64,000 bases of DNA, taken from NCBI GenBank assembly GCA_963765935.1, contig CAVXXX010000001.1, forward strand, positions 1,446,304-1,510,303, written 5' to 3'. Shown here in pieces: positions 26,754 through 34,867 of this stretch. Below the pieces are notes generated by a model, which saw only the letters and a list, made by a program, of their open reading frames with translations, did no database searches and was not told the DNA's origin. How positions within the stretch are numbered: the first letter of the stretch is position 1; each line of letters opens with the position of its first letter. The DNA comes from Candidatus Eremiobacteria bacterium (GTDB taxonomy: Bacteria; Vulcanimicrobiota; Vulcanimicrobiia; Vulcanimicrobiales; Vulcanimicrobiaceae). The translations under genes and the position numbers were made by a program.

Positions 26754-27356
26754 ATGATGATCGATCCAGCACTGGTTCTCGAAGGGCCGCGCGTTAAACT
26801 GGAACCGGTGGCGCGTCGTCACTTGCAACAGTTACGCGCAAACTGCGCCGAACCCGCATTGTGGGAGCTCGTCTACGGTGCGAATCCGTTTCTTACCGAC
26901 GCCGATGCGGACGCGTGGTTTGCCGACGCAACGGCCGGTGGCGATCGCTTCGCGTTTGCGATTATCGATAAGGCAGGCGGCGACGTTATCGGGTCGACGC
27001 GCTTTGCCGACATTCAACCGCAACACCGCAAACTCGAAATCGGTTGGACATTCATCGCTCGGCGCTATTGGCGTTCGCACGTCAATACCGAATGCAAATA
27101 TCTCCTGCTCGAATACGCATTCGAGCGCTGGAACGCCGAACGCGTGCAGTTCAAGGCGGAAGCGATCAATATGCGTTCCCGCAATGCAATCGAACGGTTG
27201 GGCGCGACGCATGAAGGCACGCTCCGTTCGTTTCGCATCAAACCCGAAAACGGCGAGGTCCGCGATACCTCATTCTATAGCATCATCAGGCGGGAGTGGC
27301 CGGTGGTGAAAGAGCGTCTCGTATCGCGCCTTCATGCAGACGTACGAACGGCGTAA
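26754..27356 (+). CDS. GNAT-family N-acetyltransferase (RimJ/RimL-like)
   Basis: LEIGWTFIARRYWRSHVNTECKYLLLEYAFERWNAERVQFKAEAINMRSRNAIERLGATHEGTLR. Confidence 0.8.
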   Translation: MMIDPALVLEGPRVKLEPVARRHLQQLRANCAEPALWELVYGANPFLTDADADAWFADATAGGDRFAFAIIDKAGGDVIGSTRFADIQPQHRKLEIGWTFIARRYWRSHVNTECKYLLLEYAFERWNAERVQFKAEAINMRSRNAIERLGATHEGTLRSFRIKPENGEVRDTSFYSIIRREWPVVKERLVSRLHADVRTA

Positions 27357-27786
27357 GCCTCCCTATCTCCTCACGACCGATCGGGCGCATATCTCGCTCG
27401 ATACCGTCGAATCGTTTCTGCGACGGAGCTATTGGGCGGCAGAACGTTCGCGCGATCGTATCGCTCGGACATTGGAGACGTCGCTCTGCTTTATAGCGAT
27501 CGATGAACGCGATGGTCACGCCGCCGCGTTTGCTCGTGTGGTTACCGATTATGCGGACTTTGCGTGGCTGTGCGACGTTTTCGTTGAGCCGGATGTGCGC
27601 GGAAACGGTGTGGGCAAATGGATGGTCGAGTGCGTGCTCGCACATCCTGAATTGCAAGGTCTGCGTCGCATGATCCTCGCAACATCGAGCGCACACAGTT
27701 TATACGCGCGCTATGGATTTACACCGCTCGCAAAGCCGGAACTCTGGATGGAGCGTTATACTGCCGTTGGACCGAAGCCGCGATAA
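27334..27786 (+). CDS. GNAT-family N-acetyltransferase
   Basis: WLCDVFVEPDVRGNGVGKWMV and SLYARYGF. Overlaps the previous GNAT gene by 23 nt. Confidence 0.75.
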   Translation: MQTYERRKPPYLLTTDRAHISLDTVESFLRRSYWAAERSRDRIARTLETSLCFIAIDERDGHAAAFARVVTDYADFAWLCDVFVEPDVRGNGVGKWMVECVLAHPELQGLRRMILATSSAHSLYARYGFTPLAKPELWMERYTAVGPKPR

Positions 27787-28046
27787 CCGCGCAATGGGAC
27801 GATTTGATATTCGACCATCTTGTGAACAAATAGCGGGAGCGTCATCAGCGATGACTCGGCGTGTTCGCGCGAGTCGGCTTCGAGCAACAAACACGCACCG
27901 AGGACGTCCTGGCGGCTCCACGCTATGCGAATGATACCATCGGCGTACAAACGGCGTACGCTTTCGGCTTCCTCATCGAGAAGTGCATCGAACGCTTCTT
28001 GCGGAAACGCTTCGGTCAATCGGCGGACGACTGCGAGGAATTGCAT
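27756..28046 (-). CDS. Muconolactone delta-isomerase-like (dimeric alpha/beta-barrel) protein
   Basis: 96 aa. MQFLAVVRRL...EAESVRRLYADGIIRIAW...LMTLPLFVHKMVEYQIVPL follows the MIase-family pattern. Confidence 0.55.
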   Translation of the reverse strand: MQFLAVVRRLTEAFPQEAFDALLDEEAESVRRLYADGIIRIAWSRQDVLGACLLLEADSREHAESSLMTLPLFVHKMVEYQIVPLRGYRGFGPTAV

Positions 28047-28490
28047 CTATGCGTTTGCTCCGAACAGCCGGCGGTCGTCGGCTTCGATGATGTCGAGAAT
28101 GTATTCCAGCTGCGGATCAGCAGCTAAAACTTCGGAGTAAAAGTCGCGGAAGAACGCTTCGTCTTCTGCGTGCTTGGGGCGCAGACGGCGCATCGTTTCG
28201 TTGATCGCCGGGTATTGCGACGCGTCGGTGTGCTCGCGCAGCCACGCTGCGACTTCCGTATCATCCTTCGCTTGCGCCACGCGGGCGGATAGCGCTTCTT
28301 CGGTGATGCCGAGACGCTTGAGAAGATAGCCGGACATTCCCAAGATTTGGGCGTTGATCAGATACACGCCCGGATTTCCGCCCGGTAGCAGTCCGCGCAG
28401 CTTGTCGATTGTCCGGGGCATGAAGATCAGACCATCGAGTTCTTCGTAACACGAGCGCGGCGGATGCACGGACAAATCCAACGGTTCCAT
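28047..28490 (-). CDS. DUF5069-like protein
   Basis: PRSCYEELDGLIFMPRTIDKLRG...YLLKRLGITEEAL...DDTEVAAWLREH. Confidence 0.65.
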   Translation of the reverse strand: MEPLDLSVHPPRSCYEELDGLIFMPRTIDKLRGLLPGGNPGVYLINAQILGMSGYLLKRLGITEEALSARVAQAKDDTEVAAWLREHTDASQYPAINETMRRLRPKHAEDEAFFRDFYSEVLAADPQLEYILDIIEADDRRLFGANA

Positions 28491-28528
28491 GCGGGGTTAG
28501 TACGGCGGGCCTACCGAATGGCCTCGTT

Positions 28529-30013
28529 ATGCCCTTCGATTCCCTGCGATCGTTCGTCGATGCGCTCAAACGCGCCGGCGAACTCCACACGGTCTCTGCA
28601 CCGGTCGACCCCTATCTCGAAATTGCAGAGATCACCGATCGCGTCGTGAAAGCCGGCGGCCCTGCGTTACTCTTTGAAAACGTCAAAGGGAGCCGCTTTC
28701 CGGTCCTCACGAATCAATTCGGTTCGCAGCGACGCATGGCGTTGGCGCTCGGCGCCGATCGGCTCGATGAAGCGGCGAACCGTTTGCGCAAACTCATTGA
28801 CCTCTCTCCGCCCGGTTCATCGTTCGGCGAAAAACTCGGCGCGCTCAAACGCTTTGCGCCGCTCGCACATGCAATTCCCAAAACCGTTCGCGACGGTTCC
28901 GTTCACGATGTCATCATACGCGAACCGGATTTGAGGAAACTCCCCGTGCTCACGACGTGGCCGCTCGATGCCGGTCCCTTCATTACGCTGCCGCTCGTCA
29001 TTACGAAAGATCCGCGCACGAACCGGCCCAACGTCGGCATGTACCGGATGCAAGTGTATAATGCGCGCGAGACGGGCATGCATTGGCAACGCCACAAACA
29101 GGGACGCGCGCACGCGGCGTTATGGGGCGATAAAGTTCCCGTCGCGGTTGCAATCGGCAGCGATCCCGCGTTGACGTATGCTGCTACAGCGCCCTTGCCG
29201 CCGGTCCTCGACGAATTCGCGTTCGCCGGATTGCTGCGCGGAAAACCGGTCTCGCTCGTGCAGGCGAAGACGATCGACGTGAAAGTGCCGGCCGACGCAG
29301 AGTTCGTACTCGAAGGCTATGTCGACAACACCGATGTGCGCACGGAAGGTCCGTTCGGCGATCATACCGGCGTCTACAGTCTCGCCGATCGATACCCGAC
29401 GTTTCACGTTACCTGCATCACGCATCGGCGCAATCCGATTTACGCCGCGACCGTCGTCGGTAAACCGCCGATGGAAGACGCGTGGCTGGGGAAAGCGACG
29501 GAACGTCTCTTCTTGCCGCTGCTTCAGATGGTGCTGCCCGAAGTGGTAGACATGAATCTGCCCGTCGAGGGCGGCTTTCACAATCTGGCACTTATATCGA
29601 TTCGCAAACAGTATCCAGGCCACGCAAAAAAAGTGATGAATGCACTCTGGGGCCTGGGGCACATGATGATGCTCACGCGGGTCCTCGTCATCGTCGACGA
29701 CGACATCGACGTGCAGGACACGCGAAGTGTAGCGTGGTTCGTGCTGAATAATTTGGCCCCCGAGCGTGATGTCGTGATGATGCCCGGACCGGTCGACGAT
29801 CTCGATCACGGCTCGTACAGCGTTGCCTACGGCACGAAGATCGGCATCGATGCGACGCGCAAGAGCGCAAGCGAAGGATACGCGCGTGAATGGCCGCCGG
29901 ATATCGTCATGAATGCCGAGACGAAAGCCCTCGTGAACAAGCGCTGGCGCGACTATGGATTAGATCGCATTGCGAAGTCTCTGCATCCGGACAAGTGGTC
30001 GGGACAAGGATGA
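28529..30013 (+). CDS. UbiD-family decarboxylase (menaquinone/ubiquinone-type, MqnL/SCO4490-like)
   Basis: RPNVGMYRMQV, EGPFGDHTGVYS and the overall UbiD layout. Confidence 0.9.
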   Translation: MPFDSLRSFVDALKRAGELHTVSAPVDPYLEIAEITDRVVKAGGPALLFENVKGSRFPVLTNQFGSQRRMALALGADRLDEAANRLRKLIDLSPPGSSFGEKLGALKRFAPLAHAIPKTVRDGSVHDVIIREPDLRKLPVLTTWPLDAGPFITLPLVITKDPRTNRPNVGMYRMQVYNARETGMHWQRHKQGRAHAALWGDKVPVAVAIGSDPALTYAATAPLPPVLDEFAFAGLLRGKPVSLVQAKTIDVKVPADAEFVLEGYVDNTDVRTEGPFGDHTGVYSLADRYPTFHVTCITHRRNPIYAATVVGKPPMEDAWLGKATERLFLPLLQMVLPEVVDMNLPVEGGFHNLALISIRKQYPGHAKKVMNALWGLGHMMMLTRVLVIVDDDIDVQDTRSVAWFVLNNLAPERDVVMMPGPVDDLDHGSYSVAYGTKIGIDATRKSASEGYAREWPPDIVMNAETKALVNKRWRDYGLDRIAKSLHPDKWSGQG

Positions 30014-30016
30014 GAC

Positions 30017-30865
30017 GTGATTAGGGTATTTCTTCGCGAGATTCGCATCGAGCACACGCTCTTCGCATTGCCATTTGCGTACGTCGGCGCGGTGCTAGCG
30101 GCGCGTGGTGTGCCCTCCGCATGGGCGTTACTATGGATTACGCTTGCAGTTTTCGGTGCGCGTACGGCGGCGATGGCTGCGAATCGGTATTTCGATCGTG
30201 ACATCGACGCTCGCAATCCGCGTACGGCTCGCCGCGCAGTGGCAAGCGGCGTACTTTCGCCGGCCGTGATGGTGTGGGCGATCGTTCTCGGCTTCGCGTT
30301 GCTCTTGGTCTCGGCGTGGATGCTCAATCCGCTTTGCGTAAAGCTCATGCCGATTGCGGCGCTCGGCGTGCTGGTCTATCCGCTTTGCAAACGCTTCACG
30401 TGGCTCGTGCACTTCGTCCTCGGCGCAGTCGACGGGCTCGCGCCGCTCGGCGCATACATCGGTATCACGGGAACGCTCAGCGTCAGCGCGGTTTTGGTTT
30501 TCGCCGCGGTCACCGTCTGGGTCGCGGGTTTCGACATTGCCTATGCGTTAATGGATCTGCCGACGGACCGCGAGCAGGGCATCTATTCGCTCCCGGCGCG
30601 CTTCGGTGAAGGGGCCGGCCGGTGGCTGCCGATCGTGCTTCACGGGGTGATGGTGCTCTTACTCGCCCTCGCCGGCATCCTCGCGAACGCCGGTTGGCTC
30701 TACTACGCCGGCGTCGCCGCAGCCATCATCTTGACGGTCTATGAAGACCGCCTCTATGGCCTCGCTGAGAACGTTTTTGTCCTCAACGAACGTATATTTA
30801 TCAGCAATATGGTCTTCTCGATCGTCTTCCTCGCCGCAACGCTCGGCGGATTCGTCGTCCGCTAG
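30017..30865 (+). CDS. UbiA-family aromatic prenyltransferase (MqnP/SCO4491-like)
   Basis: NRYFDRDIDARNPRTARR and DIAYALMDLPTDRE Asp-rich motifs, about 8 TM segments. GTG start 4 nt after the UbiD stop. Confidence 0.9.
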   Translation: MIRVFLREIRIEHTLFALPFAYVGAVLAARGVPSAWALLWITLAVFGARTAAMAANRYFDRDIDARNPRTARRAVASGVLSPAVMVWAIVLGFALLLVSAWMLNPLCVKLMPIAALGVLVYPLCKRFTWLVHFVLGAVDGLAPLGAYIGITGTLSVSAVLVFAAVTVWVAGFDIAYALMDLPTDREQGIYSLPARFGEGAGRWLPIVLHGVMVLLLALAGILANAGWLYYAGVAAAIILTVYEDRLYGLAENVFVLNERIFISNMVFSIVFLAATLGGFVVR

Positions 30866-30866
30866 G

Positions 30867-32018
30867 ATGCTCCGTTCCGAATTTCTCGCCGGCGCGGCCG
30901 CGGCATTATTGCCGTCGGGAAACGCCGGCATTCCGAACCAGAACGGCGTGCTGCCGCAGACCAATATCGGCGTGAACGTTCCGCTCACGGGTCCGCTCGC
31001 GCAGTATGGGACGCAAATCGTCAAAGGGGTGCAAGCCTGCGTCGACGAGACCAACCGTTTTACGCCGTCACTTACGCGGTACTGGGGCGTGCGGACGTTC
31101 GACGATCAAAACAACGCAACGGTCGCGTCATCAAACGTCTTCGTTGCGGCGTCCGATCCATCCGTGATGGGCATGATCGGCAACTTGACCGTCGATACGA
31201 CGCTTGCGGCTTTGCCGCAATATGCGAATGCAAACTTCGCGATCGTTGTTCCGTCGGTCACCGCCGACGTGATTACGAATCGCGGGTTCCGCAACGTCTT
31301 CCGTTTACCCACAAAAGACTCGAGCGAGGGACAACTCTTCGCGCGCTCGGTGCTTCCGAGACACAAATCGGCAAAAGTTATCGCCCTCACGATGAAAGGC
31401 GACTACGGCGCCGACGTCGCCAACGGTCTCATCGGACAAGCACAAGCCGATCATCACGACACGGACACGATCGACGTGAATCCGACAAACGATCCCGAGA
31501 ATATCGCCGCGGTCGTCATCAAGCGAGACGCATCGTTCGTGTTCTTTGCGGGCAAACCCGACCACTTAGGTCCGATCGCGAAAGCGCTGCGCAAGCAAGG
31601 GTATAAAGGCGATTTCGGCGCGAGCGACTCGTTCTTCAGCGGTGCGGTTATCGATCCGTACGGCGACGCGATGGATGGAACGCTGGTCGCGTCGTCCACA
31701 CCGCCAATCGACCGCATTCCCTCAATGGTCACGCTCGTGCGCGATTTTCAAGGTGAAGTCGGAGGCATCGATGCATTTGAAGCATTCGGTTATGCGGCGG
31801 CACAACTCTTGATCATGGCATCGGGCCGAGCGAACGCGAAAGACCGGTTCGCACTCTTAACGCAGATGCAGCAAGGCGGTGCGTACAATCTGCTGGTCGG
31901 GCAGTATGCGTTCAACTTTTCGGGCGACGCTACACTGCCCAACATCTACCTCTACAAAATGACGACCAAGGGGTTCACCTTCGACCGCTCCGCCGTTCCC
32001 AGCGGCTTCGTCGTCTAG
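30867..32018 (+). CDS. ABC-type solute-binding protein, branched-chain amino-acid (LivK/Peripla_BP_6)-like
   Basis: IGVNVPLTGPLAQYGTQIVKGVQACVDE. No cognate permease or ATPase nearby. Confidence 0.75.
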   Translation: MLRSEFLAGAAAALLPSGNAGIPNQNGVLPQTNIGVNVPLTGPLAQYGTQIVKGVQACVDETNRFTPSLTRYWGVRTFDDQNNATVASSNVFVAASDPSVMGMIGNLTVDTTLAALPQYANANFAIVVPSVTADVITNRGFRNVFRLPTKDSSEGQLFARSVLPRHKSAKVIALTMKGDYGADVANGLIGQAQADHHDTDTIDVNPTNDPENIAAVVIKRDASFVFFAGKPDHLGPIAKALRKQGYKGDFGASDSFFSGAVIDPYGDAMDGTLVASSTPPIDRIPSMVTLVRDFQGEVGGIDAFEAFGYAAAQLLIMASGRANAKDRFALLTQMQQGGAYNLLVGQYAFNFSGDATLPNIYLYKMTTKGFTFDRSAVPSGFVV

Positions 32019-32185
32019 TTGGCGCTCGCGCGCCGGCGTGCGCGCGGTTCTTCTTCCACGATGCGGATTCGGTGTGGAGTTTCCGCTTTAGCCGGGGCCG
32101 GTGCGTCGACGTCTTCGAGGGCTAAGCAGAAGCGCAAACGCCAGGAACCGAGGGTGATCGCAAACGAGGTACCGAGGATTTCCAT
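32015..32185 (-). CDS. Small hypothetical protein (56 aa), last gene of the GntR-ABC operon
   Basis: ATG lies 7 nt after GGTGGAGG and 2 nt after the permease stop. No recognisable motif. Confidence 0.4.
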   Translation of the reverse strand: MEILGTSFAITLGSWRLRFCLALEDVDAPAPAKAETPHRIRIVEEEPRARRRASAN

Positions 32186-32187
32186 GA

Positions 32188-33213
32188 TTACGCCTCCACC
32201 CGCCGCCACTGCATGACGGCCAGAGCGCTGTAGATGATAAAAAGCGCGAATTCAATTGCTATGCGCAGCCAAAAGGTCGCGTCGGTCGTCAGTTCACCGG
32301 TCGCTCGATCTTCGTTGATCGCCAAGTGCACGTACGTCAGCGGATCGATGCGCGAGACGGTCCAGAACAGGTTGTGTGCCACTTCGCCGAGGATCGAATT
32401 GCCCCACGAAATCGAACCAAAAACCGCGATGAGGATCGCGACAGGCCATGCGAATCCCAGTATCGCGCCATAGCCGCGCTTGAACGACGCCGTGCATGCA
32501 GCGAGGAACGCATACCATGCGAACGGCCCGGCGAGCCCCATGAGGATCGCGCTCGTATTAACTCCGCTGAAGTCGAAGCTCGGGACTTCGAACATCAATT
32601 GGCAGAGCAGGAGCGCCACGATCGTCAGAATCGATGCAGCGATTATCCCACCGAGATCGACTGCGATCGCGCCCACTGCGTACGCCTCGCGTGAAACAGG
32701 TTTGGTGAGCGCGTACTCGAGATGGCCGTCGCCTTCTCGCGCAAACGGCGCCGCGAGCAAGGTCGCGATGATCAACGCCACGAGATCGGCGAAGGCCATG
32801 TAGTAGATGAACGGCACGGTTCCGTTGGTATCGATCGTCGTCGTTTCCATATCGGCGTGGCGCTCAACATTGATGTGAACGCTCCCGATGGTCGCGCGCT
32901 CCGCGTGTTCTTTCGCGTTCGCTTTCGGTTCCGTAATGACGACGTGTCGACCGGCATTTCCCAGATTGTCGATGACAACCGTCGTGTTGTCCTTCGGATC
33001 TACGATTGTCGTTCGTTTCGTCCCATCGGGCAATACCGAGTGCGCCACCTTCGTGCCGGGTTGCATCTGGACGTGTGAGATAAACGCTTCGTCGCTGGTA
33101 ATCTCGCGATTGAATGAGATGCGAACGACGAGAACGAGCACGATCAGTACACCGAGACAGATCGCAAGCACGCGCAGGCAATTGCGAACGCGCAGCCATT
33201 CAACGTAGGTCAT
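32188..33213 (-). CDS. ABC-2-type transporter membrane protein
   Basis: N-terminal TM, about 120-aa extracytoplasmic loop, then about 5 TM segments. Start overlaps the ATPase stop. Confidence 0.65.
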   Translation of the reverse strand: MTYVEWLRVRNCLRVLAICLGVLIVLVLVVRISFNREITSDEAFISHVQMQPGTKVAHSVLPDGTKRTTIVDPKDNTTVVIDNLGNAGRHVVITEPKANAKEHAERATIGSVHINVERHADMETTTIDTNGTVPFIYYMAFADLVALIIATLLAAPFAREGDGHLEYALTKPVSREAYAVGAIAVDLGGIIAASILTIVALLLCQLMFEVPSFDFSGVNTSAILMGLAGPFAWYAFLAACTASFKRGYGAILGFAWPVAILIAVFGSISWGNSILGEVAHNLFWTVSRIDPLTYVHLAINEDRATGELTTDATFWLRIAIEFALFIIYSALAVMQWRRVEA

Positions 33214-34121
33214 GGAGTAGCTCCCTCTACCACGTCGGCGGTCGCATCGTTCGGCGACACCGCGTACAAGAAAATATCTTCTAAATTGAGGTCGACGATG
33301 CGGACACCGCTTGCGCCCATCCCTTCGAGCTTACGGACGAACTCCGGCGCACCGTCCGTCGCAAGCAGACGCACGATGCGGCCGCTGCGGTCAGCGCGCG
33401 CAATACGCGGATCGTTCGAGACGCCGTTGAGCGCATAAGATTCATCGGGAAAGATTCCTTCGACGATCTTGCGATCGGCCTTCAAATCATCGACCGCGCC
33501 TTCGAGGGCGAGATGGCCCTTGTCGATTACGGCAATACGTTCGGCGGCGCGTTCTACCTGGCCGATTTGATGCGACGAAAAAATGATCGATGCGCCGCGG
33601 GCCGATTCGTTGATGATCAGATTGAGCACGTGCCGTTGATTGATCGGATCCAGACCGCTTGTCGGTTCGTCGAGAATCAAGATGTCGGTTTCGCGTGCGA
33701 TCGCAAGCGCAACCATCGTCGCGGTGCGCATGCCCTTCGAAAGAGCGCGCGCCTTCTTTCGCGGATCGATGTTGAACTGCTCGAGTAATTCATTCGCGCG
33801 CTGCACGGAAAACTTGGTGAATGCGCGTCGCTGCATCTCGACGTGCTCTTGTACCGACATCCAGTCGTAGAGCACGCTGCGTTCGGGAACATACGCGATC
33901 CGTTCAAACGTGGACGGCTCAAGCGGTTTTCCATCGTACAAGACGGTTCCCGAGCTTGGAAACGCGAGACCGAGCATACACTTGAACGTGGTGGTCTTGC
34001 CGGCGCCGTTGGGACCGAGAAGCCCGAAGACGCACCCTTCCGGGATCGCAACCGACAGACCATCGATCGCCGTGTAGCGGCCATAAGTCTTTCGCAAATT
34101 TTCAATTGAAATCGTGCTCAT
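33210..34121 (-). CDS. ABC transporter ATP-binding protein
   Basis: Walker A GLLGPNGAGKTT, signature LSKGMRT, Walker B ILILDEPTSGLD. The ATG overlaps the GntR stop (ATGA). Confidence 0.9.
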   Translation of the reverse strand: MSTISIENLRKTYGRYTAIDGLSVAIPEGCVFGLLGPNGAGKTTTFKCMLGLAFPSSGTVLYDGKPLEPSTFERIAYVPERSVLYDWMSVQEHVEMQRRAFTKFSVQRANELLEQFNIDPRKKARALSKGMRTATMVALAIARETDILILDEPTSGLDPINQRHVLNLIINESARGASIIFSSHQIGQVERAAERIAVIDKGHLALEGAVDDLKADRKIVEGIFPDESYALNGVSNDPRIARADRSGRIVRLLATDGAPEFVRKLEGMGASGVRIVDLNLEDIFLYAVSPNDATADVVEGATP

Positions 34122-34516
34122 TGTCCCTCCCGGAACCACCGGTCGATTACCGCGTTGGCGAGAGATCGAATATCTTCGGCACCTAGACCGATCGACTTCG
34201 CTTCACGCACTGCCCTCTCGATTGCATCGCGCGCCACATCCCTTGCCGCGGCTTTGGTCGTGTCCTTGACGCCGTTGCTCTTCACGAAGGAGCCTCGTCC
34301 AGGCGACGTCTCAATGACGCCGTCGCGCTCTAACTCGCGATAGGCCTTCGCTACGGTGTTGGGATTGATGGTCAGATCGAGCGCGAGCTGCTTCACCGTT
34401 GGCAGTTGCTCGCCCGCTCCGAGGACTCCGATCGCTACCGAGCGTTTGACTTGCTCGATTACCTGAAGGTAGATCGGGACCCCACTGCGCGGGTCGACCG
34501 TGAGAACGACGGGCAT
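34118..34516 (-). CDS. GntR-family transcriptional regulator, YtrA subfamily
   Basis: PIYLQVIEQVKRSVAIGVLGAGEQLPTVKQLALDLTINPNTVAKAYRELERDGVIETSPGRGSFV with a short C-terminal helical domain. Confidence 0.85.
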   Translation of the reverse strand: MPVVLTVDPRSGVPIYLQVIEQVKRSVAIGVLGAGEQLPTVKQLALDLTINPNTVAKAYRELERDGVIETSPGRGSFVKSNGVKDTTKAAARDVARDAIERAVREAKSIGLGAEDIRSLANAVIDRWFREGQ

Positions 34517-34521
34517 CGTCG

Positions 34522-34632
34522 TTAGAACTTCGGGCCCCAGCCTTGGAACAACGGGGCGCTCATTTGGACGGGGATGCAAACGCGAGCTTCACGGGTTTCG
34601 GCATTTTCCGGGCGGTTGATAATGCGTGTCAT
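34522..34632 (-). CDS. Upstream small ORF (36 aa) preceding the GntR gene
   Basis: ATG lies 7 nt after AAAGGA. The stop is 5 nt before the GntR ATG, which has no SD of its own. GC3 is higher than in the alternative TTG-extended GntR frame. Peptide: MTRIINRPENAETREARVCIPVQMSAPLFQGWGPKF. Confidence 0.35.
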   Translation of the reverse strand: MTRIINRPENAETREARVCIPVQMSAPLFQGWGPKF

Positions 34633-34673
34633 TTCGTTATCCTTTAGTCTTTCATCCGTACCAGTTCACTGTC

Positions 34674-34691
34674 GTACTAGTACACTAGTAC
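34674..34691. promoter_or_regulatory. Candidate YtrA/GntR operator (GTAC palindromes)
   Basis: GTACTAGTACACTAGTAC: the palindrome GTACTAGTAC plus a direct ACTAGTAC repeat, with a further GATAGTACTC nearby. Located in the AT-rich divergent region upstream of the operon. Confidence 0.4.
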
Positions 34692-34757
34692 AATAGCTCG
34701 ATAGTACTCTGCCGTCAATACCTCGGCAAAAAATTTTTGCGCTGAACGGTACCGTTG

Positions 34758-34780
34758 CTGACGACGAGCTCAGGATGACA
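34758..34780. repeat. REP-like element, right-arm half copy
   Basis: CTGACGACGAGCTCAGGATGACA matches the right arm ...TTCGACAAGCTCAGGATGACA. Confidence 0.5.
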
Positions 34781-34867
34781 AAAGTTAGGGGTTTTCACGG
34801 ATGAGGTACGGGGTGAGTATTTCGTACCATCGAGACACCAAAGATCAGCTCGCACGGAGACACGGAA

